NCBI RefSeq assembly: GCF_009914755.1
Contig: NC_060939.1
Strand: one strand, 5' to 3'
Source of the DNA: the human T2T-CHM13v2.0 reference genome, Homo sapiens
DNA length: 64,000 nucleotides
The notes under the pieces are model-generated. The model was not told where the DNA came from and searched no databases. It worked only from the letters and a program-made list of their open reading frames with translations. Shown here in pieces: positions 29,612 to 43,820 of this stretch. How positions within the stretch are numbered: position 1 is the first letter of the stretch; each line of letters begins with the position of its first letter. Both the position numbers and the translations under genes were made by a program.

Positions 29612-30183
29612 TTTTTTTTTTGGTTTAAAGAGATGGGGTCTTGCTCTGTCACCCAGACTGTACTGTGGCGGCACAATTGTAGCTCCTGCAGTCTGGAACT
29701 CCTGAGCTCAAGTAATCCACCCAGCCTGAGTAGCTGGGGCGACAGCTACCATGCCTGGTTACGGAACCTTTTGCATAACATATTCCTATTTTATGGAATT
29801 ACTATTCCAAGGAGCATATTTTGGGAAACACTGGATTACTATTTCCCATCCTCCTTTGGTTGACTCTCAGCAGACTAGGCCTTTTGTACACCACATGTTA
29901 AGAATTCTTTCTCATGGGAGGCTGAGGCAGGAGGATCACTTGAGGCCAGGAGTTGATTCAAGACCAGCCTTGGCAACATAATGAAACCTCATCCATACAA
30001 AAAAACAAAATTTTTTTTGCCGGGTTTGGTGGTGTGCACCTATAGTCCCAGCTTCTCAGGAGGCTGAGGCAGAAGGATCACTTGAGTTGAGCTCAGGAAT
30101 TTGAGGCTGCAGTGAGCTATGATCATGGCACTGCACTCCAAACTGGGTGACAGAGTGAGACGATGTCTCAAGGAAAAAAAAAG
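29612..30183. mobile_element. Antisense Alu monomer (29612-29757) and sense AluJ (29916-30183)
   Basis: Alu arm motifs. Confidence 0.82.
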
Positions 30184-30889
30184 TTATTTCTCTTACATTT
30201 TAGTCCCTAACTATACCTCTCCGATAGACCAACGTAACTGAAGTAAAATAAGGGGACTCGGTAATATAGACTGAGAAACTTACACTCAGCTGGGTTTAGC
30301 TAATAATGCTCTGGTGTTGGATATATCAAGGGTAAAATATTACCCTCACTAGTAAACTAATTATGAAAAATGTAACTGGATCAGCTTTACAAGTGTATTA
30401 TGACATTATACATCTAAAAATGTTACAACTCAAATAAGAAATTTAGTTTAAGATATGCTGCTTATTGTTAAAAATTACATTTTCACTGCAAAAGCACTAA
30501 AACATTAACAAAAAAATCTATTCATATTTATGCTACTACAAATATTTTCATTTGTCTTTACCAATAAACAGATAAATTTTTTCATAGCTTTAAAACTAGA
30601 AAAGTACTTTATATTTTTTACTTCTAGTAGATTTCATATTGTCTTCATAATTGGAATCAACTTAAATATCTAACATTATTGTAGCTATTTCACTTTAGTG
30701 AGCACACTGTAAGTTTTTAAAATGGCATTCAGACAACCTGCTTATAAAAACAGACTGTGTTTACAATTATTGGTTACCAAAATTCAGTAAGATGAGTCCA
30801 GTTTTTAATTTTTCATTTCAGATTACTTTCTATTTGGAAAAATAAGGAACATTTTCTTGATTATAAGCTCATACTTCAGAAAATCTGTA

Positions 30890-31145
30890 AAGCATGATAT
30901 AGCATAGTTTTTTAAAAGTCTGGGATCTGAAGTCAGATTATCTGAATTAAATGTCTAACTCTACCAATAAGTAAGTTTTAAAACCTTAGGTAAATTACTT
31001 AAACTTGTCTGAGTCTGTTTCTTCATCTGCAAAATGACAATGATGACACATTAACCTCACAGGCAAATTATGAGGACTGAATGATAAAACATGTGAAGCC
31101 TTTGTCTGCCTCATAGTAATTAATAAATACTAACAATAACAATAA
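30890..31145 (+). mobile_element. MIR
   Basis: accttaggtaaattacttaaac...gtctgtttcttcatctgcaaaatg. Confidence 0.8.
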
Positions 31146-31436
31146 AAAACAAAGAAACTTTGTTTAGGGGATATTATGTGCATATTTACTTACTTTTTGA
31201 TAATCACTGTTTGTAAATAACGATCCAGTAAATATTTACTGAGTGTCTTCCATGAAAAGACAGTGTTAAAGTACTAGGGATATAGAGACATAAGTCCCAG
31301 CCCTTACTTCCAAAACTTATTTCTGGAGAAGAAAACAAATTAAGCTGGCGATAGCATAGTACATGGTAATAGCTTTGATAGGGATATACACAGAGTACAA
31401 GAAAGTTGGGGCCCTTAACACTGGACAGCATGACTA

Positions 31437-31920
31437 ATATGTTGTCTCATGACACATATGTTGCTAACCACCACATTCTTTTTCTTCCTCTGGTTTAGAC
31501 TAGAAAACAAAAGATGTCCTAGTTCCACTTGCAGGTAGGGGTAGCCATGTGACATTACTCTGGAGGTTGAAGTTCCTAAAGTGGTTTTCCTGAATATAAG
31601 GAGGTGTCCTGAATAAAAAGATGGCTTCCCTAGAAGAAAGCCCGTTTGCCCTTCTTCCCTTTTTCCTGCCTTAGTCTTTGGACTAAAGGCATAGTGGTAC
31701 AGCAGCCCATCAGTGATGTGACACAACAAAAGATAACATAGCAAATAAAAAAGAGACTAGGACTCTGGTGGCATTGCAGTTATTGCAATACTCTTGAATG
31801 CCTAACTTTGGACTCTTTATTTGGTGACACAAATTCTTACTACTTTAAGCCACCAGTTGTTTCATTCTATAGTTAGGATTTTCTATTATCTGCAGATAAA
31901 TGCATAGTCCTAGTAGATAA
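31437..31920 (+). mobile_element. MaLR LTR (MLT1-like) inside L2
   Basis: cttgcaggtaggggtagccatgtgac...tttaagccacca. Confidence 0.6.
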
Positions 31921-32548
31921 AGATTTCCGAAAATGGTAACTTCTGAGCTAGTGCAACAAAAGGAGTAGAACTTAGGCAAGTGAAGAAACTCAAGAAGAGC
32001 ACTGCTGGTAAAGTGAATAGCACCTACAAAGGCCTGGAGAGGGAGGGAGCATGAAGTGTTCTACAGTAAGCACCTTCCAGTTTCTTGGGTGGCTTTAGCC
32101 AGGTGATTCCAAACTTTCTCCATCTTCCACCTGCTTATGTTTAAGAACTTCAATACTCTGCCCTCAGTAATTCCATATGGTGAGCATTTATTTTTAAACA
32201 GTAAGTTCTGTGATGATGAACATAAAATGCAATCCTTGACTAATGTTTAGACTTAGAAACATATATTTATGGAAATTAAGTCACTTTGATCCACATTATG
32301 AATTTACACATATAACACCTTCAACTAAAGCTGCCATGTGTGCTTATGTGCTATGCACTTTATTTACACTAATTATCTCATTTAATATATATGACAACTC
32401 AGTGGAATAGGTACTATTATCCTTCTTTATACCCACCTAAGTTAGGTTAGAATTATGGGAATTCAGAAAAGAATGGCAGGACAAGAATTCAAACTCAGTT
32501 CTGTTTCATTCTATAGCCTCTGCTCTGAGCCACTCTGCTATAATGCTA

Positions 32549-32580
<32 letters not shown>

Positions 32581-33237
32581 AGTTTCTAGTCTCTTTGTCC
32601 CACTTCACCTGCTCAAATCCTTCCTGCATTTATGCAATAAAGTTTTAGTTCCCCACGAGCACTCTGGGGATGAGAGTGGGGTGGATTGGTTATCTTTTAA
32701 CAGGTGAGTATGGAAGGAAGGGGCATACTAAACTAAGTAGAGCAGGAGCAAAGGGAAGAATGGCAGAAACAGAAAAAAAAAAAAGTTCTTCCCTTCTAAA
32801 GGAATGAGTTATCTTTACTTATTGGCAAACCAGGAGTAACTCCCAAAAATATTTCCAAATATTTTATAAGTGTATGATCTCTAAAAGGTATAAATTTAAG
32901 GTGGCAACACTTCTATTTTAAACCGCAATATGTTTAATGATTGATTCATTAGTTTATATTCGTTCATACATTCAACAAATATTGATCACGTTCATGTGCC
33001 TCTGGGTATATTCCAATGCATATGTTCCTATACTCAAGAAGCCAAGACCAAATAAAAATGCCAATTATAACTACCATAAAGGTTATTGTATCACACAAAT
33101 AAGGTAAGGATATAATGGAACAGAAAATATAAAATTCAGACCTGAGAAATCATAGAAGGCTTTCCAGAGGGGTTGATATCTAAGACGAATCCTAAACTAT
33201 AAGTACGTGTTACGAACAAAGAAGGAACAGTCTAGAA

Positions 33238-33456
33238 TAGAGTTTCTTAACCTCAGCACTCTGACCTTTTGGGCTAAGTCTGTTATGGGGGCGGGGGACA
33301 TCCTGTTTTGGAGGATGCTGAAACAGCATCCTTGGCCTCTTCCCATCTGATACCAGTAGAACTCACCAAGTGTGAAAACCCAAAATGTCTCCATATATTG
33401 TCAAATGTCCCCTAGGGGCGTGGAGGGCAAATATTGCCTCTGGTTGAGAAGCACTG
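33238..33456 (+). mobile_element. MER20
   Basis: tttcttaacctcagcact...ccaaaatgtctcc...tgtcaaatgtcccctaggg...ggttgagaagcactg. Confidence 0.88.
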
Positions 33457-33464
33457 TTCGAGAT

Positions 33465-33675
33465 CTCTGTTGTCTAAATCATTACCACTAGCCACATGTG
33501 GCTATTTAACTTCAAATTCATTAAAATTAAACAAAATTAAAAGTTCAATTCCTCAGTCACACTAACCACATTTCAAGTATTCGGTAGCCACACATGGCTA
33601 CTGATTACCATATTGAATAGTGCATATATGATATAAAACATTTCTACCACCACAGAAAGTTCCATGGATAATGCT
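33465..33675. mobile_element. MER3
   Basis: ccactagccacatgtggctattta...tagccacacatggctactgattaccatattg. Confidence 0.82.
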
Positions 33676-34116
33676 CTTACAGATTGAGGGAGTAAATATT
33701 GTCTTCTATTCCACAGTTTGCTGATAGGCTGTGGGGAGAGTGGAGAAAGATGAGGTTGGACAAAAAAGGTAAGGTCTGAGTATGAAGAATCTTCCACACC
33801 ATAAGGCAGAACAATGGGGAGCCAATGAAAGGTTTTAAGCAAAGGTGTGAAATAAACAGAACTTTATAAAGACGACTATGATGATAGTGTGGAGAACGAA
33901 TGTGGAAAGACTAGAAGCAGAAAAAGAGTTGCAGTATCTCAAATAATTATGATCTGGATTAATGCAGTAGCAGTAGGAATACACAAAAATAGAGCAACCA
34001 AGGAGTCAGAACTGATAGGATCTGGTGACTGACTAGTTGTAAAGCAGGCTGAGGAAGAGTCAAGACTGACCTCTAGGTTTTTAGGTTACATGAGTGAGTA
34101 CCATTCACTAAGATAG

Positions 34117-34598
34117 TATGATAGGATAATGACCCCAGAAATGTTCATGTCTTAATCTTTGAACCCCTGGAAATTTGCATGGCATGGGACCAAATCAAGG
34201 ACCTTAAGATGGGGAGATTATCTTGGCTTCCCTGAGTAGGATCAATGTATACTCAGGTATCCTGATAAAAGCGAGGCTGAAAGAGATTTGACTACAAAAA
34301 AGAGCCCTGTCAGAATGATGCAATGTAAAAAGGCTCAAGCAGCCATTAATGGCTTTGAAGATGCAGCTACTGGAAGCTAAAAAAGGCAAGGAAACATATT
34401 CTTCCCTAGAGTCTCCAGAAAAAAAACAAAACAAAACAAAACAAAAAACCCATGGCACTGCTAACAACTTAGTTTTATCCCCGTGAAACCCATGTCAGAC
34501 TGCTGGCACACAGAAGTCTAAAATAATCAATTTGTGTTATTTTATGCAGCCTCTAAATGTATGTTAATTTGTTATAGCAGCAATAGGAGACTAATACA
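34117..34598 (+). mobile_element. MLT1C/D solo LTR
   Basis: Ends gttatagcagcaataggagactaataca; 5-bp TSD GATAG. Confidence 0.85.
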
Positions 34599-36354
34599 GA
34601 TAGTTATAGAAGTGGGGGTATGATACAAGTTTGGCTCTGGAAAAGTTGAGTTTGAAGTACTTATGTGACATCCAGGTAAAACTGATCAGCTGATAAAGAG
34701 TTGGATTATATGGGCCTAGAGCTTAGGATGGGGACATATAATTAGGAGTCATTGGTATAATGAGACTAATTGAAACCATCAAAGTAGATGAGATTATTTT
34801 GGACAAATATAGACAAAATGCAAAGCAACAGACACCCTTGAAGGGTGTGAGAAGGAACGGCCTAAAATGTAACAGGAAAACCAGGATAGTGTGACATCTT
34901 AAGGAATTTTAAAAATGAGAATGTACCAAACTGGGGGGATGAGGGGGTAGTGTGTGTATGGAAATGGTCAACAGAGTGAACTGAAAAAAGGCTGTCATTT
35001 GGAAGTGATATTACCTATTATATTCAGCAGTGAGGGGTCATGGTATCCTTTATAAAAGTTTCAGAGGAGTGGTATTAAAGATTTTTGTTACTGGGGTTCA
35101 AAACTGAATGGAAGGTGAGGCATGAGACTAATTCAATCAACACTTTGACTAAACTTTGACTTTCTTCTTTCAAAGGGAAGAAGATACAGTGGTAGCTAGA
35201 GGAAAGGTTGTGGGTTTCAGGAAGGATTTCTTTTTTAAATATGGGGGTAAAATTAAGCATTTAACTATTCATGAGAATAGGCTAGTAAAAAATAAGAAAA
35301 TAAAGAAGTAGGAGAAAGAGAATGAATCATAACATGAATTCTGAGATAGGAATGGATGAGACCTAGAGGGTAGGCAGAGAGAGATCAGCATTCAGACAGG
35401 CAGAAGGACAACTCTTCTGTTGAGAGATAAGGGAAAGAAGACAAGAACAGGTATAGAATTGAGCAAGTATTAAGTTAGGGACAAGAAATGTATTAATTTG
35501 GTGGAGTACCACAAGGCAACTTCCTATTTTCTCAGAGAAGTAGAAGGCAAGATCATTTACCGGCAGCAAGAAAAGAAGAGGTGAGTTTAGTAGCTTGAGC
35601 TAAAGAAGTCTGAAACAGGTTTAGTGGAGAATAGTGGAAAATAAATCACTAAAGAAAAAGAGGGTGTGAAGGGGCCTATATATTTTATTGAATCCTTAAA
35701 ATAGCTGTTAATAGACTTCTGCATGTGGCCGCAGTGGAGTACCTGATACTGCAGCAACTCTCCCAGCACCACCATCTCAAAACATGAACAAAATATCAGA
35801 AACAAGTGTTTTCAGAAATTGGACAACAAAAAGCATAGACTGTTAGACCTGAAAAAGAAAAAAACAAATGAGACGATTCTATCTGAAGACAACTTGACTG
35901 TCGTGCAGAAAGAAGCAACTTAAGCAAAGCAAGGCAGTACTGCAGAGCTAAAGAGAAGGAGGTTAGTGTTCGAGGTGGCAAAGAATCATATGGAAGAAAA
36001 ATAAACAGCTTCAAAATTTACACAAATCCCTATGTAGATTTGGAATTTGGAATCTATAGCTGAAAACTAAACTGTATATATGTAGATAAAAACTCCAAAA
36101 GGCTGGGCAAAGAGCTACCAGGGATCTACAAGTGGCTGACACATGTTCCAGTTCTGCTGAAACAAACTTCAATACACTTTAAAGGAAGAGAAGAACAAAC
36201 TTCAATACACTTCAAAGGAAGAGAAGAAAACTCAAATGCTCAAAAACCATAAAAATCAGTGTTCAGCACTAAATTAAAAAGTATTACATATGCAAAGAAG
36301 CAGAAAATTATGACCTGTAATTGCAACGAAAATCAGTAAATAAAATGGACCACA

Positions 36355-36658
36355 GGCCGGACACAGTGGCTTACGCCTGTAATCCCAACAGTTTGGGAAG
36401 CCACGGCATGTGCATCAGATGAGGTCAGGAGTTCGAGACCAGCCTGGCCAACATGGTGAAACCCTGTCTCTACTAAAACTACAAAAAATTAGCTGGGTGT
36501 AGTGGCGGATACCTGTAATCCCAGCTACTCTGGAGGCTACTCCGGAGGTTGAGGCAGGAGAATCGCTTGAACCCAGGCAGCAGAGGTTGCAGTGAGCTGT
36601 GGTTCTGAAATGCATTGCAGCCCGGACAACAAGAGTGAAACTCCATCTCAAAAAAAAA
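36355..36658 (+). mobile_element. AluS
   Basis: Full Alu; TSD GGACCACA. Confidence 0.92.
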
Positions 36659-36785
36659 GGGACCACAAAAATGATAGAGATAATACAATTAGCAATCAAG
36701 GAATTTAAGACAGGTATTTAAGACAGAAACAAAATGATAAGATGATAGAGAAAATGATAAACAAATGATAGAGATACTACAATTA

Positions 36786-37150
<365 letters not shown>

Positions 37151-37316
37151 AGTTGAATTTCTAGAACTGAAAAAAATATAAGATCTAGAAGAGAAAATTT
37201 ATTAGATGGGATTTATAGCAGATTAGATAGTTCAGGGGAAAAGAATAAGAAAAGTGATAATAGAGAAACAAACTATTAGTAAGTATAGAAAAATTGTTGG
37301 ATAAAAATCAGCATGT

Positions 37317-37618
<302 letters not shown>

Positions 37619-39564
37619 TCAGCAAGTAACTATGATTTTAAAAAAAAAACTCTTAGCAAAATAGAAACAGAAAGTAACATGTTTAACCTGATGAAGAGCG
37701 TCCATGAACAAGCTAACGTTAACTTCATATTGTATGGTGAATGAATCACTGTTTTTTCCTTAAGATCCGGAACAAGGCAAGGAAATTCACTCTCACATTT
37801 CTATTAGCCTATCTCCCAGAGGTCCTAGCAGTACAATAAGGTGAGAAAAAGAAATTGGCATATAAATTAACAAGAAATTAAAACTCTTTTTATTCGTAGA
37901 TAATATGATTGAGTGGGTAGAAAATCCTAAAGACTACATAAAAGCTACTAGATTTAATAGGTGAATGTAGCAAGTTTGCAGGTTACAAGATCACTATAAC
38001 TATTAGCAATAAAACAATGGATAACAAAAATTTTTAAATGCCATACTCAGTAGCATCTAAAAACTTTTAGTTTTAATAAAATGTGTACAAAACCTATACA
38101 CAGAAAATAACAAAACACGCTGAAAGATATTATAGAAGAACCAACTGAAATGGAGATACACCAAGCTCATGAATTAAAATTTGTTAATAAGACATCAATT
38201 GTGTCCAAATTGATCTATAAATTTGATGTAATCCCAATAAAAATCCAAGTAGAACTTTTTTTAAAAATAAAAATTGACAAAGTAACTCTGAAATTTGTAT
38301 GGAAATGCCAAAAAATATATGAACCATTTATATATCTGATATCAAGACTTTCTATAAAGCACAGTAAACAAGACAGTGTAGTGATGTCATAAAGGCAGAC
38401 ACAGCAATCAATGGAAAATAAGAGCCTAGAAAAACACCCACATATAATGATTTTTGATATAGGAAGTGACTGGGGAGAGGCAGACTTTTCAATAAATGGT
38501 ACTGGACAACTGGATATCCATCCATATTGTAAAAAATAAACCTTGAAGTTCAACTTAAAGCAAACACAAATTTAACACAAAATGGTTCAAACATCTAAAA
38601 GAAAAACACTACAACTATAAAACTTCTAGAAGAAAACCTAATAAAATCTTTATGAGAAGATTGAGATATCTGGAAAAGGAAGTAAAGAGGCTGGCCAATC
38701 CTCCCTACAAACAAGTATAAAATGACACAAAATGGTCAGAAACTAGGCTCTGGAAACTAACTACAGGCAAACAACATATTGGGAAGTGTTTAGTCATTAG
38801 TGACTACTGAACTTTAGGTAGTAGTAACTATGAGAGTCTATTATTCTTGCTTATGGCTGCTGCCATGACCTATCCCACATGGTTAAAATAGTAGTGTTGC
38901 TAGGATGAGGCAGCCTGTGTTTAAACACGCAAAGAAAAACACAATGACAAAGAATCAGACAACAGGAAATCTTAATAGAGAAACTAGAGCAAAAATAAAG
39001 ATAATCAGAGAAAAAAGTAAATAGAGCTTCAGAGAGAAGAGAATAATAACATCAATCATTTCAACATACGTGAAATGGGCATTTTAGAAGGGGAGGAGAG
39101 AATCAAGGGACTGAAAAAGTATTTGCAAAGATAATGGCTGAAAACATCCCAAACCTAACTAATCTATGTGAGCTCAACAAAGCCCAAGTAGGACAAACAT
39201 AAAGTGATCCACTATATACGTAGTCAAACTGTTAAAAGTCAGAGAGACAGGAGAAGTGAATGAGTGACAGAATCAATCTAGGATAAATCTTAATACCAAC
39301 AAAAGAAAACTTACGTACAGGCAGACATTAATATAATTAATGGCTGATGTCCAAAATGTAATGGATTAACATATTCAAAACAATGAAAGAAAAAACAAGC
39401 AAACAAAACTGTAAACCAGACATTCTATTTCCAGCAAAACCATCTTTTAAAGCAGAAGGCAAAATAAAGACATTCATAGATAAACACAGACTGAGAAAAT
39501 TCATTACACACAAACCTGTGGTATAATAAATACTAGAAGAACTGCTTTAGACTGAAAGGAATCA

Positions 39565-40350
39565 TCCTTGATTCCTCTGTTTCCCCTCCACATTGAATCT
39601 ATCAGCAAGCAAGGCCTACTAGTTTTATATCCAAAAATGCCTTAAATCCATCTACTTACAAAAAAAAATCTTCCATTGCCATCATCTGAGCAAGAGCCTT
39701 GAATTATCTACTGAACTTCTGCAATAGCCTAACTAATTTTCCTGCTTTTACTCATATCCCCCTACAATCCACTGTTCCAACAACAGCCAGGGTATTAAAA
39801 AAAAAAACAGATTGCACTATTCTCTGCATAAAATCCTCTCATCAGCTTTCATGCACTTAGGATACTACTTGCCATGACTAAATATGTAATACATGAACTA
39901 CTTCCTGCTTGAACTTTTCTATCATTCTCTACTTCCTTCCGTAAGTTCCAGCATACTGGGATCCTGTATTCTTCAAATACCGCAAACTCATTCCCAGCTT
40001 CAGATTTTTTGTACCTACTGTTCCTTCTACCTCATGTGTGTCACCAGGAGATCATGACTCAAGCTGGCTTCTTATTACTCAGGTCGGCACTCAAATGTCA
40101 TCTCCTCAGAGAAGATTCTCAGAGAAGCTTTTCCTGGCCACCCTATCTAAGGTTACCCTACCCACCATCACTTGCCTCCCTTTCCCTTTTAAAAATTGTG
40201 GAGTATCATTTATCGTTATCTGAATTGTAATGCTTAATTATTTAGTCACTTGTTTAATGTCTACCTCACCCAATAAAATAAAAGGATCATGAGAGGAGAG
40301 ATCTTAGTATCTTGTTCATCACTGTATGTCCAGGACCTAACACAATATTT
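39565..40350 (+). mobile_element. L2
   Basis: ctcaaatgtcatctcctcagagaag...cttgttcatcactgtatgtccaggacctaacaca. Confidence 0.75.
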
Positions 40351-41019
40351 TTTAATTACTGAGTAAAAATTTACATATATTCTAAAACTTAGACTAAAAT
40401 GTAAACATTTCTGAACTCTTAAAAGACTTTAAAAAGAACTTTGTTCTTATTTAGTATTTTATAAGTGTCATATTTTATAATTTATACCAGTCTTCTACCT
40501 CTTCTTAATGAAGAGAAAAAAGTGAGTGATCCTCCAAAGTTATCTCAAGTATTGCAAAGAGAGTGGGTGGCCATATATAGACAAGAACTGTGTCTGTCTT
40601 GCTTACCACTGTACTCTCGTACCAAGAACAGGGTCTAGTATATGATAAACATGAAATAATTACAGAATGACACATTAACAATGAGACTCTTAAGAGTTGG
40701 AAGACAGAGGAAATGCTCTGGGGGTTGGTGGCAATGTATTACTCCCTCCACTCCCAGTCACCACTTTTCTAGGTCTTAAGAGTAGTCTTGAATATATCTC
40801 TCTATAACAGACTAAATTTCTTAAGGGCATGGAATATGTCTTTTCTGTTTTGTATTCCTTATGAGTAAAACTGGCAGACAGAAGATGTCCAATAATTTTA
40901 ATAATTTTTTGAATGAAATGCAAGAGCATTGGTGTCTTCATTTGTAAAAGGGAGGTAACAAGATTACCTACTTCAGAGGATTATTATAAGACAAAAAAAA
41001 AAACTCGAAAACCAAAAAA

Positions 41020-41022
<3 letters not shown>

Positions 41023-41063
<41 letters not shown>
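41023..41063. repeat. (CA)n microsatellite
   Basis: Direct observation. Confidence 0.95.
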
Positions 41064-41065
<2 letters not shown>

Positions 41066-42122
41066 CAAAAAGAAGAGTAAATGAAAGGAAAAAGAAAAAC
41101 ACCTCCACAAAGTCCTCTTTTAGCTAGCTATTAGGTTAGAAAAGTGTAAGAGAACTGATTAAATTTCCTCTTCTCCTATAAACTATTCCTATGTATTCAG
41201 CTACCTATAGAATAATAAGCTAATAATAATATAAGCTAATAAGACATCATACTATTTCAGCACCAGACACTGTAACAGACCACCACCACCAACAACAACA
41301 ACATAGTCAGGTTAGCTTATAAGCAAGACCCAAACTTGGATAAGAGAACTTCCCAAGTCACAAGTGGGGAAAGAGAACTAACTATACTGACAATTTGGGG
41401 AATCTAACAGTATAGAGCCTTCGTGTGTTCTAAAGCCTAGAGGCTATCCTTTTGGTAGAGATTTTATGAAAGAAATCAGCAGTATTCCAGATGTCCCAGT
41501 AGCTGCAATGCTCCTTCCCTCACACGTTTAAAAGAAGACCTATGAAACTACTACTATACTAACACAATCTAAATTTAAACTATTATTGTGGCTTTAAATC
41601 TTGAAAGCTGGCAACCCCACAAAAACTAATCCACTAAGCATCTTAAAAGCTGTTTTTGAAAACAAATTTTTACAATTCTATTAAGTAGAATCTAAACTTA
41701 AACTATTATTATGGCTTAATTCCTACAGGCTGCCAACCAAAACATGAAAAACACACTATCTCAACAAAACTAACCCATTAAACATCTTCAAAAACTTTTC
41801 TCTAAACAAATTCTCAGAGTTATTAGAATAGAAAAATAAATATCCAATTTAATTGTTCGTTTAAGCAGTCTTTCAGTAAGAGCCAGTTAAGATTCAAAAA
41901 CATGTAATTACCTCAGATTGTGATTTTATTATTGATGAGATACAGGTAAGTATCTAGGTAGCTTATAAACAATTCACCCGAGGGGGCTGTAATTAAAATA
42001 TCAAATTTTATTCACTGGAGTTAGATTATATTTAAAATCAATATTTACTTGAAAACTGTATATTTTATATCGTCATAAAAACCTTATTGCAAAAGGATTT
42101 TAAGATTAGTTATTTCACTTAC

Positions 42123-42156
42123 CAAAATGCAGTCCACTTTAGATTGTACAGTTTTG
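42123..42156 (-). CDS. RFX7: RFX7 small coding exon (34 nt)
   Basis: ctttctctttcttttag|CAAAACTG...ATTTTG|gtaagt; (C)KTVQSKVDCIL, ends in phase 0 and joins the QEVEK exon in frame. Confidence 0.93.
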
Positions 42157-42613
42157 CTAAAAGAAAGAGAAAGTTAGGTTAGTAAAATGAAAAGTTTATT
42201 AACTATCTGCAATATTCTCAAAAAGATGTGGTAATTTAGTCTTCCTTACTAAGAAAAAAATAAATACAGCTTCCTATTAAGATTAGGGATTGTAGCCTAA
42301 ATCTGTGTTTTTCACAAAGCAAAACAAAAATCTATTTCCCATTTACTGTACTAAATTTAATCTTAAAGCATGGTTAAAACATTTCCTAAGTTTATTTTGA
42401 ATAAACAATTAAATTTTTAACAGTGTATAAGTGCAGATTTATTACTATACTTACAAGTATGGCCCAGAGCTTACAATAATTATGATTTTTACTGTCTGCC
42501 TGCCACTCTGGACAATAATTTGCTTAGCACTTAAAAGTCATAACGATGTACTACAATCTGTAGCTTGTAAGATTTGATACATAAAAGATTCTGTTCCCTC
42601 CTCTCTCTGTCTC

Positions 42614-42615
<2 letters not shown>

Positions 42616-42670
<55 letters not shown>
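42616..42670. repeat. (CA)n microsatellite
   Basis: Direct observation. Confidence 0.95.
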
Positions 42671-42671
<1 letters not shown>

Positions 42672-43399
42672 AGTAACAGGAATCCCTAGACATAAAAGCA
42701 ATAATAAAAGATTAACTAATATAGTAATAAATTGGGAGGGCAGAAAAATACACTTAGAAATAAATAATACAATAAAGCCACTATACATCAATTTAACTGA
42801 ACTACTGAATATAAGTGAACTGTTAATATATAACACAAATGAAGCCAGTATAAAATAATTTAAACAACTATCCTTTGGATTTTGTTGTAACACATAGGAA
42901 AGTGAAAATGCAAAGAAATCGTGCAAAATGTTCAGGAACAGTTTACACACAATCTTTAAAAGATGTTAAAACCAAATTGTCTTCTGTAAAAAGTTATAAA
43001 GCCAAATATATGTAAACCAAAATTGGTTATTTGCCTTTGTATGTAGCCATACAGCTAAGCTATAATATAAAAAAAATTAGTATTTAAATCTCATTTAACA
43101 CAATCATTAATAACAAAATTTTATGCCTGTACCCAGATTTCAAATTTCATTTTCTAAACAATAAAATATGACTGGATTCAGTTTAACTGCAAAGTTCAGA
43201 ACGACTAAAAAGAGCAAAAAAAAGTAAAGGATAAAGGATAGGTTAAGAGGTACTGAAATCCCCTTCCCACAGTCCTACAAAAGATTTTTAGGTTTTAAAA
43301 TCTCTTTGTATAGCTTATAATTCATTGGCACCTAACTTGTACTATTTTTTCTCTCTTCTCAATAACTCCCAGTTTCCTCTGAGATGTGAGAGTAATCTA

Positions 43400-43820
<421 letters not shown>

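Larger units (their letters stand above)
32940..35590 (-). mobile_element. Fragmented L2 hosting later insertions
   Basis: ttcattcaacaaatattg-type 3' end; purine-rich L2 body (ggagccaatgaaaggttttaagca). Confidence 0.7.

Noticed and set aside
42574-42950. ORFs with HT/CV dipeptide runs (also 6027-6341 and 49328-49712)
   Set aside because: Translation through microsatellites
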